A stretch of DNA of 64,000 nt, taken from Lytechinus pictus (Eukaryota). A model generated the notes under the pieces. The model did not search any database. It saw only the letters and a list, made by a program, of their open reading frames with translations, and was not told the origin of the DNA. The translations under genes were made by a program, and so were the position numbers. Below, piece after piece: positions 1-14,591 of the stretch. Each line of letters begins with the position of its first letter. Within the stretch, counting starts at the first letter, position 1. The stretch lies in NCBI RefSeq assembly GCF_037042905.1, contig NC_087260.1, positions 17,856,001 through 17,920,000 of the forward strand, given 5' to 3'.

Positions 1-849
1 TTTCATTACGCTCCAGGAAGTCCCATTAATCGTCGATATGACTATGAATTTCGTGTTTTCATTTTCATGTATATGGCAGGCAGCCGATTTAGGGACGGTT
101 TATGACATTTAGTTGCAATTCATTATAATTAATTATAACATCATTCAGTTCGTTTGGCTTTACTTGAGTATTACCATTAAGCACATTATCTATGTTACTG
201 GCAGACTGGTTTAACTAATTATTTTGATTGCGTTTGATGCCTGTGCCAGTTTGTACACAAAAACAACCTTAACGTTCGGCCAAAATTCAAATGGTATTTT
301 AAGCAATTTCATTTTGTAAAATGATCAGAGCAGTTCTACGTTGGTACGAAGTTGATCTCGTACTTTGAGATTTATTAATGGTCTTCCAACTTTAATGAGG
401 ATATACAGTATTGAGTTTGATATTTTGAAATATTTTCGTGATTTTGTTGCAGTGTTTGTGCTGTTCTGGGGAGCAATTCATGGCACAGAAGATCGGTCAT
501 TTTCACGGACAATAAGCTAAATGCAAATCCTTGCATCTGATTGGCTAAGAACTAAATAGTCATTGAAAATCATTGATTATTTGCTTCATGAAAAACTCCC
601 CCGGGCAGGATTAAAATATATTTGCCTGATGTACTACTGTATATCATTGTCCGCCACCCCCCCCCCCCCCCCTTTATGCAACATACATAATCCATCTTAT
701 ACCAAAGACATAATGCTTTAATGAATAGGCATGTGTGTAAATGGGTTCTCGGAATATCACCTTAACTATGAACTGAAAAAGTGCCTTTTAATAAGGAATT
801 GGTCTCTCAATAGGTTTTCAATGTGTGGCCTGGATTATGCCTCTTCCCG

Positions 850-1000
850 GGGAGTGTTTCATCAACATTTTTGTCGTTGTCAGGTCTGACAACTTTCCTT
901 GATTCTGATTGGCTTAGAGGTACCGTTACCATAGTAACTGTCGGATAAAACAGTACTTGCCGGATGAAACTTCTGACAGGTCCTTCCATGAAACGCTCCC
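850..1000. mobile_element. Short Harbinger-like MITE
   Basis: GGGAGTGTTTCAT ... ATGAAACGCTCCC with CCG/CTG flanks. A related degenerate copy lies at ~468-602. Confidence 0.7.
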
Positions 1001-3639
1001 CTGAAGACCACTCAATCTTTTTAGAAGAAAGAAGTGTCATAATTACAGCATCATAAATGCATACTATGTATGACTTAATTAAGCATTTCATCTAAAGAAA
1101 CAGCTTTCACTCCTTTTCCAATAATTTAGGTTTTTAAATCTCTCAAACCGTTCAACGAAAACACGCCTCAAGCTCGTGTTGCTAGATAACTAGGTATAAA
1201 CCCAAACTGGGTATCTCCATATTTGTTCTGAATACACTAATACTGTATCATTCGTAATTATATAAGAAAATATTCTGACAAGCTAAATACATAACTGACT
1301 TTTCAGAGTGGAATTGACTTCTGTTAAAGAGTGGAAATTATATTCTCTCACCTTTGATAAGTCCTTCATGAAAAACTGGGGGGATTTAATCTTACCGCTG
1401 GAGGGTGACCCCCCCCCCCCCCCCTTCACCAAAATCAAGTACCCGTACAGTCTTTTGAACATTCTACGCAATTAGGATTTGGGGTATCTTATTTCTATTC
1501 GATTGAGATGTTTTAAATTTATAACCTTTTTTAATTCGTCCCTAACATGTGTCATATATCGATTAAGACTGTAGTTCTGAATATGTTAAACATTTCAAAA
1601 CTCAAATATTAAGATTTATTAATCTATGTTCCTTTTATTCACTGTACCAATCTCAGATTCCATAAGTAAACATTTCATTCTGTCATTAAGGACCTCTATT
1701 TCTAAATTAATAAACAACACTCCTCTTCATTATTTCATCGTTTGTTTGTGTCTTCATTTTTTATAAATCATTTTATTCATCTTCCGTTTCATTGTGTTAT
1801 TTAATGTCCAATACCTCCTCCACCCCCCCCCCTTCTCTCTCTCTCTCTTTTATGTCTATCTCATTTGCTCTTATTCTGTCTCTTTTACACTCAATCACCA
1901 TGCATCCATCCAACTACACACACATACAAACACTTGAGAGAGGAGGGGGGGACAAAATGAGGAGTACGAGATAATGACAGTGTGCACTATTCCTACTCAA
2001 GTGAGTTAAAAGAACAAGAAGATTGAAACTCTACATAAAGTCATTTATTTTGTCATAGATTTGGGATGTTAAAAAAATCAGTAAGGTCAGATAGTTAAAA
2101 AAAAATGCAATGTAACATTAAACTTTATATTCAATTGATTTGCCCTTTCAGTCTTACAAATACTAATAAATGTTTACTATCTTTTTCTATATCCGTCTCT
2201 CTTCTTTCTCATTTTCCTACTACCCCCATCCTCCTTCATAAATACTTAGTTCTATGTGTTTCACCTTTTCCAGCACTCTCTGAACATTATAATTCCATTC
2301 CTCTCTTTTTCCATCTCTCACTCTTTCGCTCTTTCCATATGTTCTTTCTTCTACTTTTCTTATCTCTTCCTACTCACTCCCTTCATGTCTATCTCTTTTT
2401 CTTCCTATCTTTCCACTTCCCTACTCAAAATCTCATTCTCTCCAAACATAAACAAATCTATCTTCTCTCTCTTCTCTTCAAAAGTTAACAAATGTCAACA
2501 TACTGAAAAAACATAAATGCAACGAGACAATGTAGATCATGTTTAGTTTCTTATATGTTTTATAAATGCCATATTGGATAATTTTGCTGTGTGATGATGT
2601 TCAAGTATCCATAAGAATAATGCTTTAATACTGTTTAATTTAATAATTGAATGAAATGATATTTCGCATGCCATAAGGAATCATCATTCAGAAATAATTG
2701 ATTAACCGAGAGATCAACTCATAATCACATTATTAATGCAAATTAGTTATAACTCTAAATTCCATTTACTTCCATGTTTTGAATACTGATAACAAATGGT
2801 TATTAGATATGATTTAGGTACAAGATTTGCATGAGGTAGAAAAAAGTTCCAGTCAACAAGACATGCCCAAGCGGAATGGAGTTTCTCTCTTTTGCCAAAT
2901 GTGAAATCTCCTTTCAAAGATAAGAACATTCGCTATTTGTGTAGTAAACACCTCAAATTTTAGCGAAAATAGGAACAATAATCAAACTTTCAGATATAAA
3001 TCCAGAGGCAAAATCTCTCCAAGATTCAAGATATCTGTAGCAGCAGCACGAAGCAGGCCCCACACATATTGCATCTGTAAAAGCACAATGAATTGAATCA
3101 TATTGTGACATAGCAATGGTACATTTTGGATTGTACGTGTGCAAACGGTACGTCTCACATTCAGCATCCCATTTGCTTGCATTAGAAGTAGGCATTGTAC
3201 AACATAAATAAATAAATATAATACTACCATTAGTATGTTACATGTCGGCTCAAGTAATGAAGACAAAACAGAACAGAAACTTCAAACATTTCCAAACTTC
3301 AGTGCTGGTTATATTAACATTCTCAACTTATACATGCTTTACATGTATGTCTCCTTCTGGTCTCGTCACATATTGCACGTAAGAATGAATATTCATGATT
3401 TTGTGTCAATCATCATTTAGCAGCGCTCAAGGCAGCTGATTTCCACAGCAGTTTTCCTGAACCCCACAATGGTTCCTCTATGCAAACATGGTCATATCAA
3501 AAGAGAAAAATTGCTCAACATATCTGTCAAGTTCTAACACTGGGTGATGATGGAATCACACTTGATGATTTTGCTAAAGCTATTTTTTGAAGCACCACAG
3601 ATCATAAGTATGATTATCTTATTGCAGTTTGCCCAGGGG

Positions 3640-4300
3640 ATCCATCAGCAGATCCAAGCTCCTGGGATGACTCTGAAAGCCAACCAAAACAACACTTCTT
3701 CAATTCTATTAATGCCTACCTTTGCAGCCTGACCTGGAAGAGATAATGGCCATCTAAATCTGGAGAGGTGGTCTTGCATCCAAGAATGCAAGATCACTGT
3801 CATGCCATCAGAGGCTAAGACCAATAATATTGTTCTTCCCAAATTTCCACCGTTTGTTTGACTTCAGCCAACTCATACAGCTTGACCCTATGGGAGGTAA
3901 CAGCCATCTTGTCCTGTCCACTACATCCAGGATTGAAAGAGGACTGTCATATGACTATGATCTTGTTCTTCTCATCTTCCTATTAAAACCATAATAATGA
4001 CCAATGCAAATTTTAGCAGCAATGCTCTGCAAGAGATGATGGCCATCTCTTTCTGGAGAAGCTGTCCTTATCCCGAGAAAGAAGGACCACTTTCATGCAG
4101 TCAGAGACCAAGGTCGGGGATCAGGCTCTTCTTCTTTGTCCACCATGTGCTTGACTGATGGCAATGTTGGCAGCCTGACCAATAGAGCATCTCATTCTGA
4201 ACAGGTTGTCTCCTCCATCCAAGATAACAAGATGACTGACATCCCATCAAAGGCTTTGATCTTGACCTTGTTCTTCTTGTCTTTCCATTCCAGACCATCT
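3640..4300. repeat. Degenerate ~146-bp tandem repeat in the putative FUZ 3' UTR
   Basis: Anchor motif (C/T)ATCC(A/C)(A/G).A...GA..ACT at 3777, 3924, 4069 and 4216. Confidence 0.6.
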
Positions 4301-4313
4301 CCATCCAAAGCCC

Positions 4314-7300
4314 TCATGATGATTTGGCCCTTCGATCAACAAAGATCTTCTCTTTGGACAGCGTTCCAAGGAGATTCTTGGTCACAGATCTGAAATTCAA
4401 ATTGAAATTTAAAGCTTTGGTTGGTCAAGAAATACATAATGGTCAAATATAGGCTGATGTGAGAATGTGGCATTGCCTCCACAGGAGACTTGATAACTCA
4501 GTAGTCAGAGCACCAACCATGCAAGCCAGGGTCCCCAGTTCAAATTCCATTCGGAATGGTGTAATTTCCTTATATTTTATTTCTATTCGTTATTTTCAAT
4601 CCTACCAATTATGGTATGACTTTAACTTGAGAGTAAAGTGGTTAAATTCCATAGAGAAAAAAAGTTGCAATCCAAGTATTTTGTGGGCAAGAAGATGTGT
4701 CCATGAGAGGATTCAGATGAATCCTGCCCATTTGTTCATAAGCAAAGGGATCTGCCGTGTGACTGAATTGAAGAATACAAACAACTCCTCGTTAACATTG
4801 CCTTTATGGGGGAATTAAAGCCTTCTAATGCTTTGGCAAAAGCGCAGTAATATGAATCATACTCGAGTATCATCTAACAATCTAATCTTTCAAAGGCTTA
4901 TTGAATATCAATTCATGCTTAGATTCTTCCTAAAAATTTGAATTTCACATTGAGGATACCTTGGGTACTCTCTCAGTGATGTAATAATAATAAAAATAAT
5001 CAGTTCTTGTATAGCGCATATCAAATTATGATTATAATGTATATGCGCTTCCAAAGGACTTGGATATTATTACGACTATAGTTTGGAAGCCGTAATTACT
5101 TACAGCGCACACACATATCAAGGAATTAATTTGTAGCAGGTTACCATATACGTATACCTCACCTGGGTCGAGTGCAGCACAATATAGATAAATTCCTTGC
5201 TGAAGGAAACAACGCCATGGCAGGGAATCAAACCCACGTCCCTCGGATTGAAAGACGAGAGTCATAACCACTAGACCAATTACATTAAAAAACACCCTTT
5301 GAATATTTATCTTACAAAGTTACAAAAAACATAATCGTAAAAGGGGAGATAATTCAAACTTGAAAGATTTTCAAAGTACCTCATAGCATACTGTGGAACT
5401 GCCGATGAGAAGAGGACATAGAACTGAAAACCTCCCGAGTTGAGAGCGTAAGTCTTGTAGTCATCACCACACATGTAAGTCTCCTCTGCAGTATGTGGAA
5501 GGGATTTGTAGGCCTCGCCAGATGAATCTACACAAGAAAAGAAATTGAGATTTGATGAATTAAAAACTCTTTATCATTCATGTATGTTCAATTAAATCTA
5601 ACAATGCTGAACTACAGGTTTCTTTGCCTAAACTGATTGCACTGGGACTAATGTTACAGATGTCTATTCGAATTGGGATGAATATGACTTAGAAGAGGTA
5701 TATAACATATGTTTGGCATAATCTGGTCTCCACACTTGGGAAAATAACGGACTTATGGAAGGTCAACTTGTGCCAGTTTACCATGCCTAATGTACATAGA
5801 TGGCCCATATGGCCAACCAGTATATGGCAATTTGCTTGGGAAATTAAAGGAAAACAATGATTGCAAAACAATGATACAGTACACTGTATGAAACTTCTAT
5901 ATTAACAATGCACCGAATAGGATTAGATTTCCAATGCAGCCAGACCAGGTGAATAAGTGCCATTTCAAAAGTTTGTGAGGACTAGGGTCAAGAGAAGTGA
6001 GACGACATTGGAGACAGAAAATGACCCTGGTAGGGTGAAGCTTAAAAGCAATTTTTGAACAGATTCTTGGAAAAATGGAAGCTCAGGTGAGAAGACTCAT
6101 AAATACTACAAAGAAATTAATATATGGGACCACATATTGATGTGTACAAATAATATGATCAGTTTTGCTGAAGAAATCTTATTAAGAGGGGAAAAATTAA
6201 GGGGAAAAATTAAGGAGAAGTAGAATAAGAATTGGGAGGAGGAAGAGAATGAAATATTGATGAGAAGAAAAAGAAGGAGAATAACCACCCATTCTCCTCT
6301 TCAAACGGCAGCACCACTTGCTTCTTACCCTGCCTCTCTGGACTGATGGAAGGCGGGAAGAGTCCTCCAGCGACAGTACGGTAGAACGAAGTGAGGATCT
6401 CTCTCCGGGCGTACGGTGGCAGGGGCTTCAGCTCGGCCGCGCCCCCTGCGATCAGTGGAAGATGCATGGATGACAGGCACTTGTGCTGATCGGTATTCAA
6501 TAAAACATACCTATACATGAAAGATAAAAAAAGAACATGTCTGATAACGGATCAAACATCATATAAGTTCTAGCTGCGCTGTTCAATGGCAATCTTAACA
6601 ACTTTGATAACCGTGCTGCACCCTCCCCCCCCCCCCGACCAAATCTGTGAATTGCAGATTGGTCTCACCCCACTTAATTCTATTTTGTCGACAACCAGAC
6701 TGTCTTATCATTATTTTGTCTAACTGTTATTTAGTCCATTCACCAATGTGTCTAATATTCGGTGACTATACCCATTTCTTATGAATCGACTTGGTCTTAC
6801 AACAAGAGATTAATTGTTCATTAACCAAATATCAATTTAATAAAGAAAAAAAATAAGTAGAGAAAGTTGAAATTAGAGCTGGGTATTTGACTACATGAGA
6901 ATTAGACTAAGTGATTCATTGATTAGTGTAGACCACACAGCAGGGAGACCAGATGGACTTAGCCCATATTTTAGAATATATGAGAAGCCAACCAACTGCT
7001 AGTAGACCAAATGAATATAAACCCCAAAACAATATCACCACAAAACACCTAAATTTTCACACAGATTAGGCTAACAAATTAATTCTACAATCACACAAAC
7101 AAAACCAAAGTCTCAAACCGACTGATGGTATGTTGTTGGAAATAAGATGATAGATCCGGATGGTATGCATATGGAGTTGTTTAGCAAGTGCAGCTGAGAC
7201 ATAACATATTGACAAAACAGGCTTCCTGGAAAGAGTTAAGACCATATATGTGTGTAATTACCCCAAGATCCCAGCATCAAGAGGGATTGTTCTTGGAATG

Positions 7301-10300
7301 TTGGATGGGGGCGCCCTTTGGATTGCCCGGAGAGCTTCGTGGTGCGACCTCCACGATGGCTCGATGAGTTGTTCCTCTGCTTCGGATAGGGTAGGGTTCG
7401 CGTAGCACAGCACACTAACTACAACACCAGGTAAGAGGTGGATGCTCAACAGTCTATGAGGATCCTGAAACATATCAAAAACAGAATTGCTCAATCTATG
7501 TCACACAAAATGTTTGTATAAAAAAAAAATGTTTAGATCTCATATGGGGCCCAGTCCTCTGATATCAGGCAAATAGGACAGGGTTCACACTTGGCTATGA
7601 CACTAGTCCTCCATATCCTCTTTTGTTTCTTCATCTCCTCCTTCTGCTACTTCTCCTCTCCTTGTCCTTCTCTAGACACCCCTTCCTCCTCCCTTCTTCT
7701 CCTACTCTTCCTCCTACCTTTCTGCATTCACTCCATCACTCCTCACTTCATTCATCTCTTCATCCTTTCTTCCCTCCAGCATTCCTTCCTTCCATCAACC
7801 TTGCATCAATCCTTCCATTCTTCCTTTTCTTCATCCCTTCCTTCCTCATTTTCATCCTTTTTCTTCCCCTTCTTATTTCTGTCTGTCGTAATTCCATCCT
7901 TCTATTTTTTTTTCACTGTTGTCCTTTCTCTCTCCCCTCCTCAACCTTACTTCCCCTTCTTCCTGTCTACCCTTCATCTTCCTCACTCTCCATTTCCTTT
8001 TCTTCTTCTAACAGTTCTTTCAACTTGCCATTATCATTAAGCTTTGATATAAAATGAAGCCTAATTGGACACTTTCACACAATCTTTTTTTTTTTAATGG
8101 CTTACCTTAGGGCTAGCGTGAGGCAGATAGATGGGAACATCACTGGATGTCCCAACGGGCAGAGACTGGATGAATTTGGCCACTAGCATCATCTCTTGAC
8201 CACTGAGTGACCACCAGTTGGACGTAGCAACGACCAGCTTGCCATCAGCATGAAGACAACCGAATGTACTATCTGCACTGGTGACAAAGGCCTCCAAAGG
8301 ATCCTTGTTAGAAAAAAATAGTAACAAACAAGCAAAAAATTAAATTCCTCATTTTTACCCTAATAAGAAAAAATAGTTAGGGAGAAGTGCTCCTACATTT
8401 CTGTACTGACTTACATGTATGTGTGAAAATCTGATTGACACATCATTCATACATGAGTGAACATACATTAAAAGCAAAATGTGTTTTCAAAAGTCACAGG
8501 AAATAATTTCTTATTCCAAAATAAAAGTGAATAATACAATTTTTTCCTTTATCTATATGTGTGTAGTTAACCATGACATGGCTAGAATGTCTTACATGAA
8601 TATTCATAAAACATTTGAAGTAACATGAAATGATCCATAGAAATATCCATCTTCCATATTTTATCCATAAATTTAACAGATTAACAATTAATTTTTGTAG
8701 AAAGAATGAGCATTTTTTTTAATGTGTTCACTTATTAAACTGGTAAAAATGAAAAAGGGTAAATTGATTGATCATTATTATTAACAGAACATAATCATAT
8801 ACCAATAATATAATTTTTCCAATTTCCCTATCACAAATGACCCAAGTAACCGTTGTGGCTTTTGAAATGCCCCACTGTTGACATTTATCTAAACATTTGT
8901 TCACGTATCCATCTTAGGTACTGCATTTCCTTTCCCCTTTTTATTGATCCCATTTCTATTTTTCATTTCCTCGACCCCTCTTGGGGCTTGCAATCCCTGT
9001 GGGGGGAGGCGGTTAGTTCATCTGCCCTCCACCTCCCCCCCCCCCAAAGAAATAACATAATTGATCAAAGCTTTACCAGTAACGTAGTATTCTCTGGTGA
9101 GATAAGGACATCTACTGATGAAGTCAGAGCTCCAAACATGTCAGACTCCTGAAGAAGTACATCGATAACAGGATAGCATACCTGATATAAAGACAATTTC
9201 CAGAATTTGGGTGAACATGAGAGGACTATTAAACTTATTACAGAGTGGTTACGATCAAAACTCTGTTCAGGGGCCACCATTCTATAGCAGCCACCTGCCT
9301 ATAGCGACCACTAAAACGGATTCCCATGGAGGCAGATTGCGTGGATAAAAACCTCTCTATAGCAGCCATCTCCCTATAGTGACCAGTAAAACCAATTCCC
9401 ATGGAGGCAAAATGAATGTATATGTCTATGGCAGCCACCTGTCTATAATGCCACTAAAGCTTATTCCCACTGAGGCAATTTATGTGTATAAGAAATTGTT
9501 TTTAAGCAGCCACTTGTTGTCTTTAAAGGCCAGTTGTTTGTTTTTGTTTTTTCTATTTTTTTTTTTTTGGGGGGGGGGGTTCCTTTCAGTAGACATTATA
9601 TGCAGGTTACACTATACTCAAACTTTTTATAAAAGTTCAGGTGTTGAAAGATGCTCAAACATGCCAATCAATGATGACATAGTTACCCGCTTGAAGCAAA
9701 AAAAATTGTTTGCTGTGACACAAAAGCATACATGAAGTGTTCGCTCAGTTGGTTATTTTTTGTACTTGCAATTATCAAGATTAAAAAGTTATCAAAATAA
9801 CCTTAATACTTGACAAAATCCTGCCGAGTCATTTGGACAGAACACATAAATAAATGTACGGGACTACATGCACACTGTGAGCCGACTGTTTTACCTGTGA
9901 GGGCACTTGAGAGGGCACTTGTTGAGCAATCCTTTAAAGAAGAGCATGATGTATCCTGAATAAACTGTTCAACTTAAAATTTCATGAAAAGAATTTGAAA
10001 GCTAGCTGAAATATCATTTTTAAGACTCACCTTTATTTCTCGGCGGAGTTTTTCTACATTCCTGATACTCACAAGGGTATCCAGCCCTATGAACATAACC
10101 TGCAGCCGAAAGAAAGGACAAATGATATGAGATAACATGGATGTTTGTAAGTATTATCATCATATCTGAATGGGTCCATTAAGACAGAATATCTCCTTTA
10201 AGACAAAAAGATATTCCTGTAGAATCCTAATTATTACAAGGGTATACAGCCCTACGAACATAACCTGAAACAACCATTTTTTTTACAACCATATATAAGT

Positions 10301-13099
10301 AATTACCGACGCATGGCAAATTTACCAGATGCATGGCTGGTCATGCGTCGGTAATTCCATATGCATGTTGCCATTCTATAATAAACCCTATGTGGATGTC
10401 ACCAGGTGAACTACAAGCAGTAGTACTTACCATTGAATGAAATATGTGGTTGAGAAGTGTATTGTAATGTACATCACAGCTTCCATCGTTGCTGGTCACC
10501 AAAACCAAGGTTACACTGTAGAATGAACAAGAAAATTAATTAATAATCGCGGCTGCCACCGACGTACTGCATTGCATCATCGACAGGATATCGGTAATGC
10601 CTTCACTGGCAAAACATACTGTAATATGCAAGTGCAACAGAAGGGATAACCATGTCCTAGAAGTTGCGTTGCAAATCTCAAATTGCCTTATAACAATTGC
10701 AGTGTAGACATCAATGTGTCGACGCAAGAACTTTTAATATGGTGTTAAAAATCGTTTTGAAAAAATACATTAATATAAAGGAGAAAGAGTAAAATATATA
10801 TATATATATATATATACACATACTCCATGAATATGCCTTGCTAGTTGCTACAGTTCATAAAAGACCTAATTTTGCAACATAAAAAACCTAATTTTGCAAC
10901 ATAAGGAACACAATTTATAAGGAAAATCTATAAAATATATTATTTTAAAAGTCAATTGATTTACTTTTGTTCATTACATAAACATATTGTGTATATACAT
11001 GTAAGTAGTAAACCCAATAAAATGGGACCACAAAACTATAAAGGTCATAACTTTCGTTTCCCTTGAATAGTTTTCCAGATTAAAATGTTTATAATAGTGG
11101 CGTATTCATGAAGACAACCTGGGGGGTGCTTCAAAAAGAGTTGCACTTAAATGCCTAGTTGCATTCGGTATATACATGTACGCTGTAAAGCATGACCGCA
11201 ATAGTCAGAGGATGCGCACTATAGCATATTGATGTATAAGATTGCCATGTTGCATACCATGTATGTGTCAGCATTTAATTGCAACTCTAATTCATACTTA
11301 AATCTTTGTGAAACACCCCTGCTCTTTAAGGCCTAGGTTGGGTGGTCTTTATGTATAGGTTTCACTGTATTTGACCTTTGACCTCAATGGTCAATGTAGC
11401 TACCTGTCATGGAACACCTGCCAGATGACCTTGGCCTCTTCAGTGGTTGTACTTTCCAGCTTTACCCCATGGTTCTGGGCAAACATCTGAACGCCGTAGA
11501 GCATGCCTTGTTCAGCAAAAGCAAGCTGTTCAATGTAGAGAAAAAAGAATAACACTGATAAGACATTTTCAAGATTGAATCATTGGATTCTGAATGCCAT
11601 CAAAGATAGGAATACTAACTTAATGGATGATTTCATTTTTGTTGGTGATACATGTAGTTGGATATTAACACCATTCAAAGCTTTTAAGACTGGAGTTGCA
11701 ATGGTCAATGGACTTCTTCAAAGAGCTGTCTATTTTAATATTAGGAAACATGAGTCAAAGGAAACAGAATCCGAGAGTCAGGTCAGTGAGGAAACTGAAC
11801 ACTCAGGAGTTTAGATATTTGTTCCAGGCATCCATTTAATACTGATGCCATTCCAAAACCAATAACAAATGAATCTTGAATAAACATGTTGCAAATTTAA
11901 GCTGAAGGAAATATCCTGGTACTTGAAAAAAATGTCCAAGAAAAGACTGATATCTGATCTCCTGAAGAAGAAGTCAACATCATAGAAGATATCTGTACAA
12001 TTCATCGAAAATTGAAGGATGTAGAGCAGTACTTTAGCAGGAATTTTTTCTGTGACTATACAGAATCAAAGAGTGGCCACAGGAGGCCACAGATGCAATG
12101 TCACTCAACCTGGGGAATAATTATTTTCAATTAAATTAATCATAAACCACATGACATTGATTGTAATCGTGTAGGGTCCTCCAAATCAACATGTAAATGA
12201 CTGAAAATTGCTCCCACCAAGAGAGTGAAATCATTGTGTTTACAACCTTATGATTAAGAATACTGCACGGAGTCTCCGCTGAGAGTGTGGTCTGATATGC
12301 ACAGACGATGTCAGGATTCTGTGTTTCACGATAGACCTTCATCAATATAATCGAGGTAAGTGCATAATTTATTTTTTCCCCTTTTATTTTGAGTGCTATT
12401 GCAACCCCATTCTACCCCATTTCGGAGAGCATATGTCCGCCTAGTATTAGACGGATCGGACGAGTCCTGGGCTCCGCGGGCCGGTGCTCCCTGGGTTTCT
12501 GCTCAAATCATTGAATTTGAATGAGTGAGCCAAGTAAACTTCACATGACTTCATGAATTAAAAACCTAAAAAAATACTCATCATATTTTCTTTCTTGACT
12601 TCACTTTGATTTATGAATGGCAGAATGCTTGTCGATCTCCGCATTTACTTTCAAACTTTCACCATTACCGGTATGCCTATGGGCTGGCATTAATAATTTA
12701 TTTTTCTCCATCTTTCTGCTTTTATTAAAACCAATGCAATGACTCCTCGAAGAGAAATTTCCCTGCTTTTACTATCTATTATATATTGTTGATGTTGTCC
12801 TTTGTTTTGGGCCTATTCCAATGCCACGTCCTAGCTTTATTTTAGCTAGTCTTCTCACTCAGTCTCAGATCATGATCACACAGTCACAGTAACCAATTAA
12901 AAATCATTGACTTGGGACACACGAAAATTAAGGAGTGGGACCGAAGCCAAATACAAATACTGTACGACAAGGCTCAAACTAACATTCTTTGGTAAAATTC
13001 ATATCTGTGGAAAAATCTTACGGATTTTACATCTCCTTTGGTTCGTGTAAAAAGTGGAACTCCTCCTTCGTTTGTAAGACACACCAAATGCACTGCCAT
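4314..13099 (-). CDS. FUZ: Protein fuzzy homolog (CPLANE/PCP effector, longin domains), 10 coding exons, 421 aa
   Basis: Exons (minus strand): 13022-13099, 11404-11525, 10431-10515, 10031-10099, 9077-9181, 8106-8303, 7262-7464, 6329-6510, 5380-5527, 4314-4389. All introns are GT-AG, phases are consistent and the total is 1266 nt ending in TGA. The translation (MAVHLVCLTNEGGVPLFTR..., GVQMFAQNHGVKL, IRNVEKLRREIK, VATSNWWSL, PIYLPHASPKDPHRLL, LDAGILG) matches remembered FUZ motifs collinearly. Confidence 0.95.
4982..5280 (-). mobile_element. tRNA-derived SINE
   Basis: On the minus strand: A-box-like GGTCTAGTGG, B-box-like GGTTTGATTCC, family core GTGCTGCACTCGACCCAGGTGAGG and a (TTA)n tail. Homologous to the copies at 37718, 38733, 48893 and 53500. 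Confidence 0.8.
7610..8010. repeat. Pyrimidine-rich low-complexity tract (FUZ intron)
   Basis: CT/CCT/CTT-dominated sequence that produces spurious F/S/L-rich ORFs. Confidence 0.8.
9240..9616. repeat. MITE-like element with tandem TCTATAGCAGCCACC subrepeats in a FUZ intron
   Basis: At least four (CT)ATAGCAGCCA(C/T)CT motifs at ~70-bp spacing; ends TGCAGGTTACACTATA. Confidence 0.6.
11122..11318. mobile_element. Short Harbinger-like MITE in a FUZ intron
   Basis: CTG|GGGGGTGCTTCAAAAAGA ... TCTTTGTGAAACACCC|CTG. Confidence 0.65.
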
Positions 13100-13996
13100 G
13101 GTAGATATACGTCTTGTGAACCAAAATGTTGATAAAATTCGTCTGCGCTGCGTCAAAAAAAAATCTGTCATACACTTGACCGGTGGTATGGTGTCTTTAA
13201 ACTAGAAAAAAAAAATCACATTTACTATCCCCGGTTTCCTCGTGAATAGGCCGAGGGACATAAATGCTTATATTTTGGCACAATCAGATTCTCCTTCACT
13301 CATTCATGCCTTTATCTAATATCATACTGAATATTATTATTTTTCATTCAATTTATTGAGATATTGGATCTCCAGAAAAGTGACATTTGACCCAAATGAA
13401 AGTTTTGCCTGCCCATGTTCAAATGCTGTATACAGTGCCGTTAAAAGTGTTCAGAATTCTTCATTATAAGCCATCGAGAGGCAAATAAATTATTAGCTTT
13501 AAATGCCTACATCCAAAGTATTATCCAAGGTATTAATAGAAAGATATTTCTTTTATATTCCATCAGTTATACCCACAATTATAGAGGACCTCACAAATAT
13601 AATAAAAATTATGCCTATTTTTGAGCGCTCGCTCTGGTGAATGACAAAAAATAATCTCCAAGATTTAATGAAAAACATACCATAAATGATTGTAATTTCT
13701 GTTTACAAATACAAAATTTTAAAGACATGTTTGGTGTGTGGGTGTGTGTGCATGTGTTATTGTTGCATATGCAGTTATCATACAGATGGTACTAGTATAG
13801 CTGCAGAGTGGAAGTGACACACACATATAGGCTTATGTTAAACTTATGTAGATATGTACAAGAATGAAAATGTCATGTATATATAAAAACGGAATCTACT
13901 AAAACGATTTATGAGAAATATTTGGGAGATGCCTAAAGGAATTATGTTACTAACTGATCGGAACATCACAAATATTAATGTTAATATTATTATTAA

Positions 13997-14159
13997 NNNN
14001 NNNNNNNNNNNNNNNNNNNNNNNNNNNNNNNNNNNNNNNNNNNNNNNNNNNNNNNNNNNNNNNNNNNNNNNNNNNNNNNNNNNNNNNNNNNNNNNNNNNN
14101 NNNNNNNNNNNNNNNNNNNNNNNNNNNNNNNNNNNNNNNNNNNNNNNNNNNNNNNNNNN
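13997..14159. other. Assembly gap (N run)
   Basis: Run of N characters. Confidence 1.
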
Positions 14160-14348
14160 AAGCTCTATATAGCACATATCACGTTTTGATTATAATTAAC
14201 GTCTCTATAATTATGCGCCTCCAACTGAGGAATCGTATAATGTAAGTTATAAATTAATCCAGAAGATAATACGACCAAATAATATTTTCAGAATAATCAT
14301 GAGAATTATCACAAATATATCACACACAATAAAATTATGATAAAGATA

Positions 14349-14591
14349 CATTGTAAAAACTGTGGTGTTAAAACCGGCACCAGTTGGTGTTAATAGAGGA
14401 CCACAATCTGAGGTGTTAAATTACACCCTAGAGATTGAACATAAACACCAAAGAGTGCAAATGTAACAACCATAGGTGTGGGGTAATAACACCTATAGGT
14501 GTTAAACTAACACTGTCAATTTATAACACCGGTGTAAAATAACTGATGTGGTCCTCTGTGTACACCGGTTAACACCACAGTTTTTGCAGTA
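14349..14591. mobile_element. Palindromic MITE with GGTGTTAA/TAACACC subrepeats
   Basis: TA|CATTGTAAAAACTGTGGTGTTAA ... TTAACACCACAGTTTTTGCAGTA|TA. Confidence 0.75.

Noticed and set aside
7591-8057. 144-149 aa ORFs here, and similar ones at 2105-2516, 28775-29070 and 60946-61428
   Set aside because: They are translations of CT- or GA-rich low-complexity DNA.
11575-12010. Coding-looking acidic stretch in FUZ intron 1 on the opposite strand
   Set aside because: It is short and interrupted, with no recognisable homology; it may be a decayed repeat but I cannot support that.
13911-14189. ORFs spanning N runs (also 36935-37508)
   Set aside because: They are artefacts of assembly gaps.
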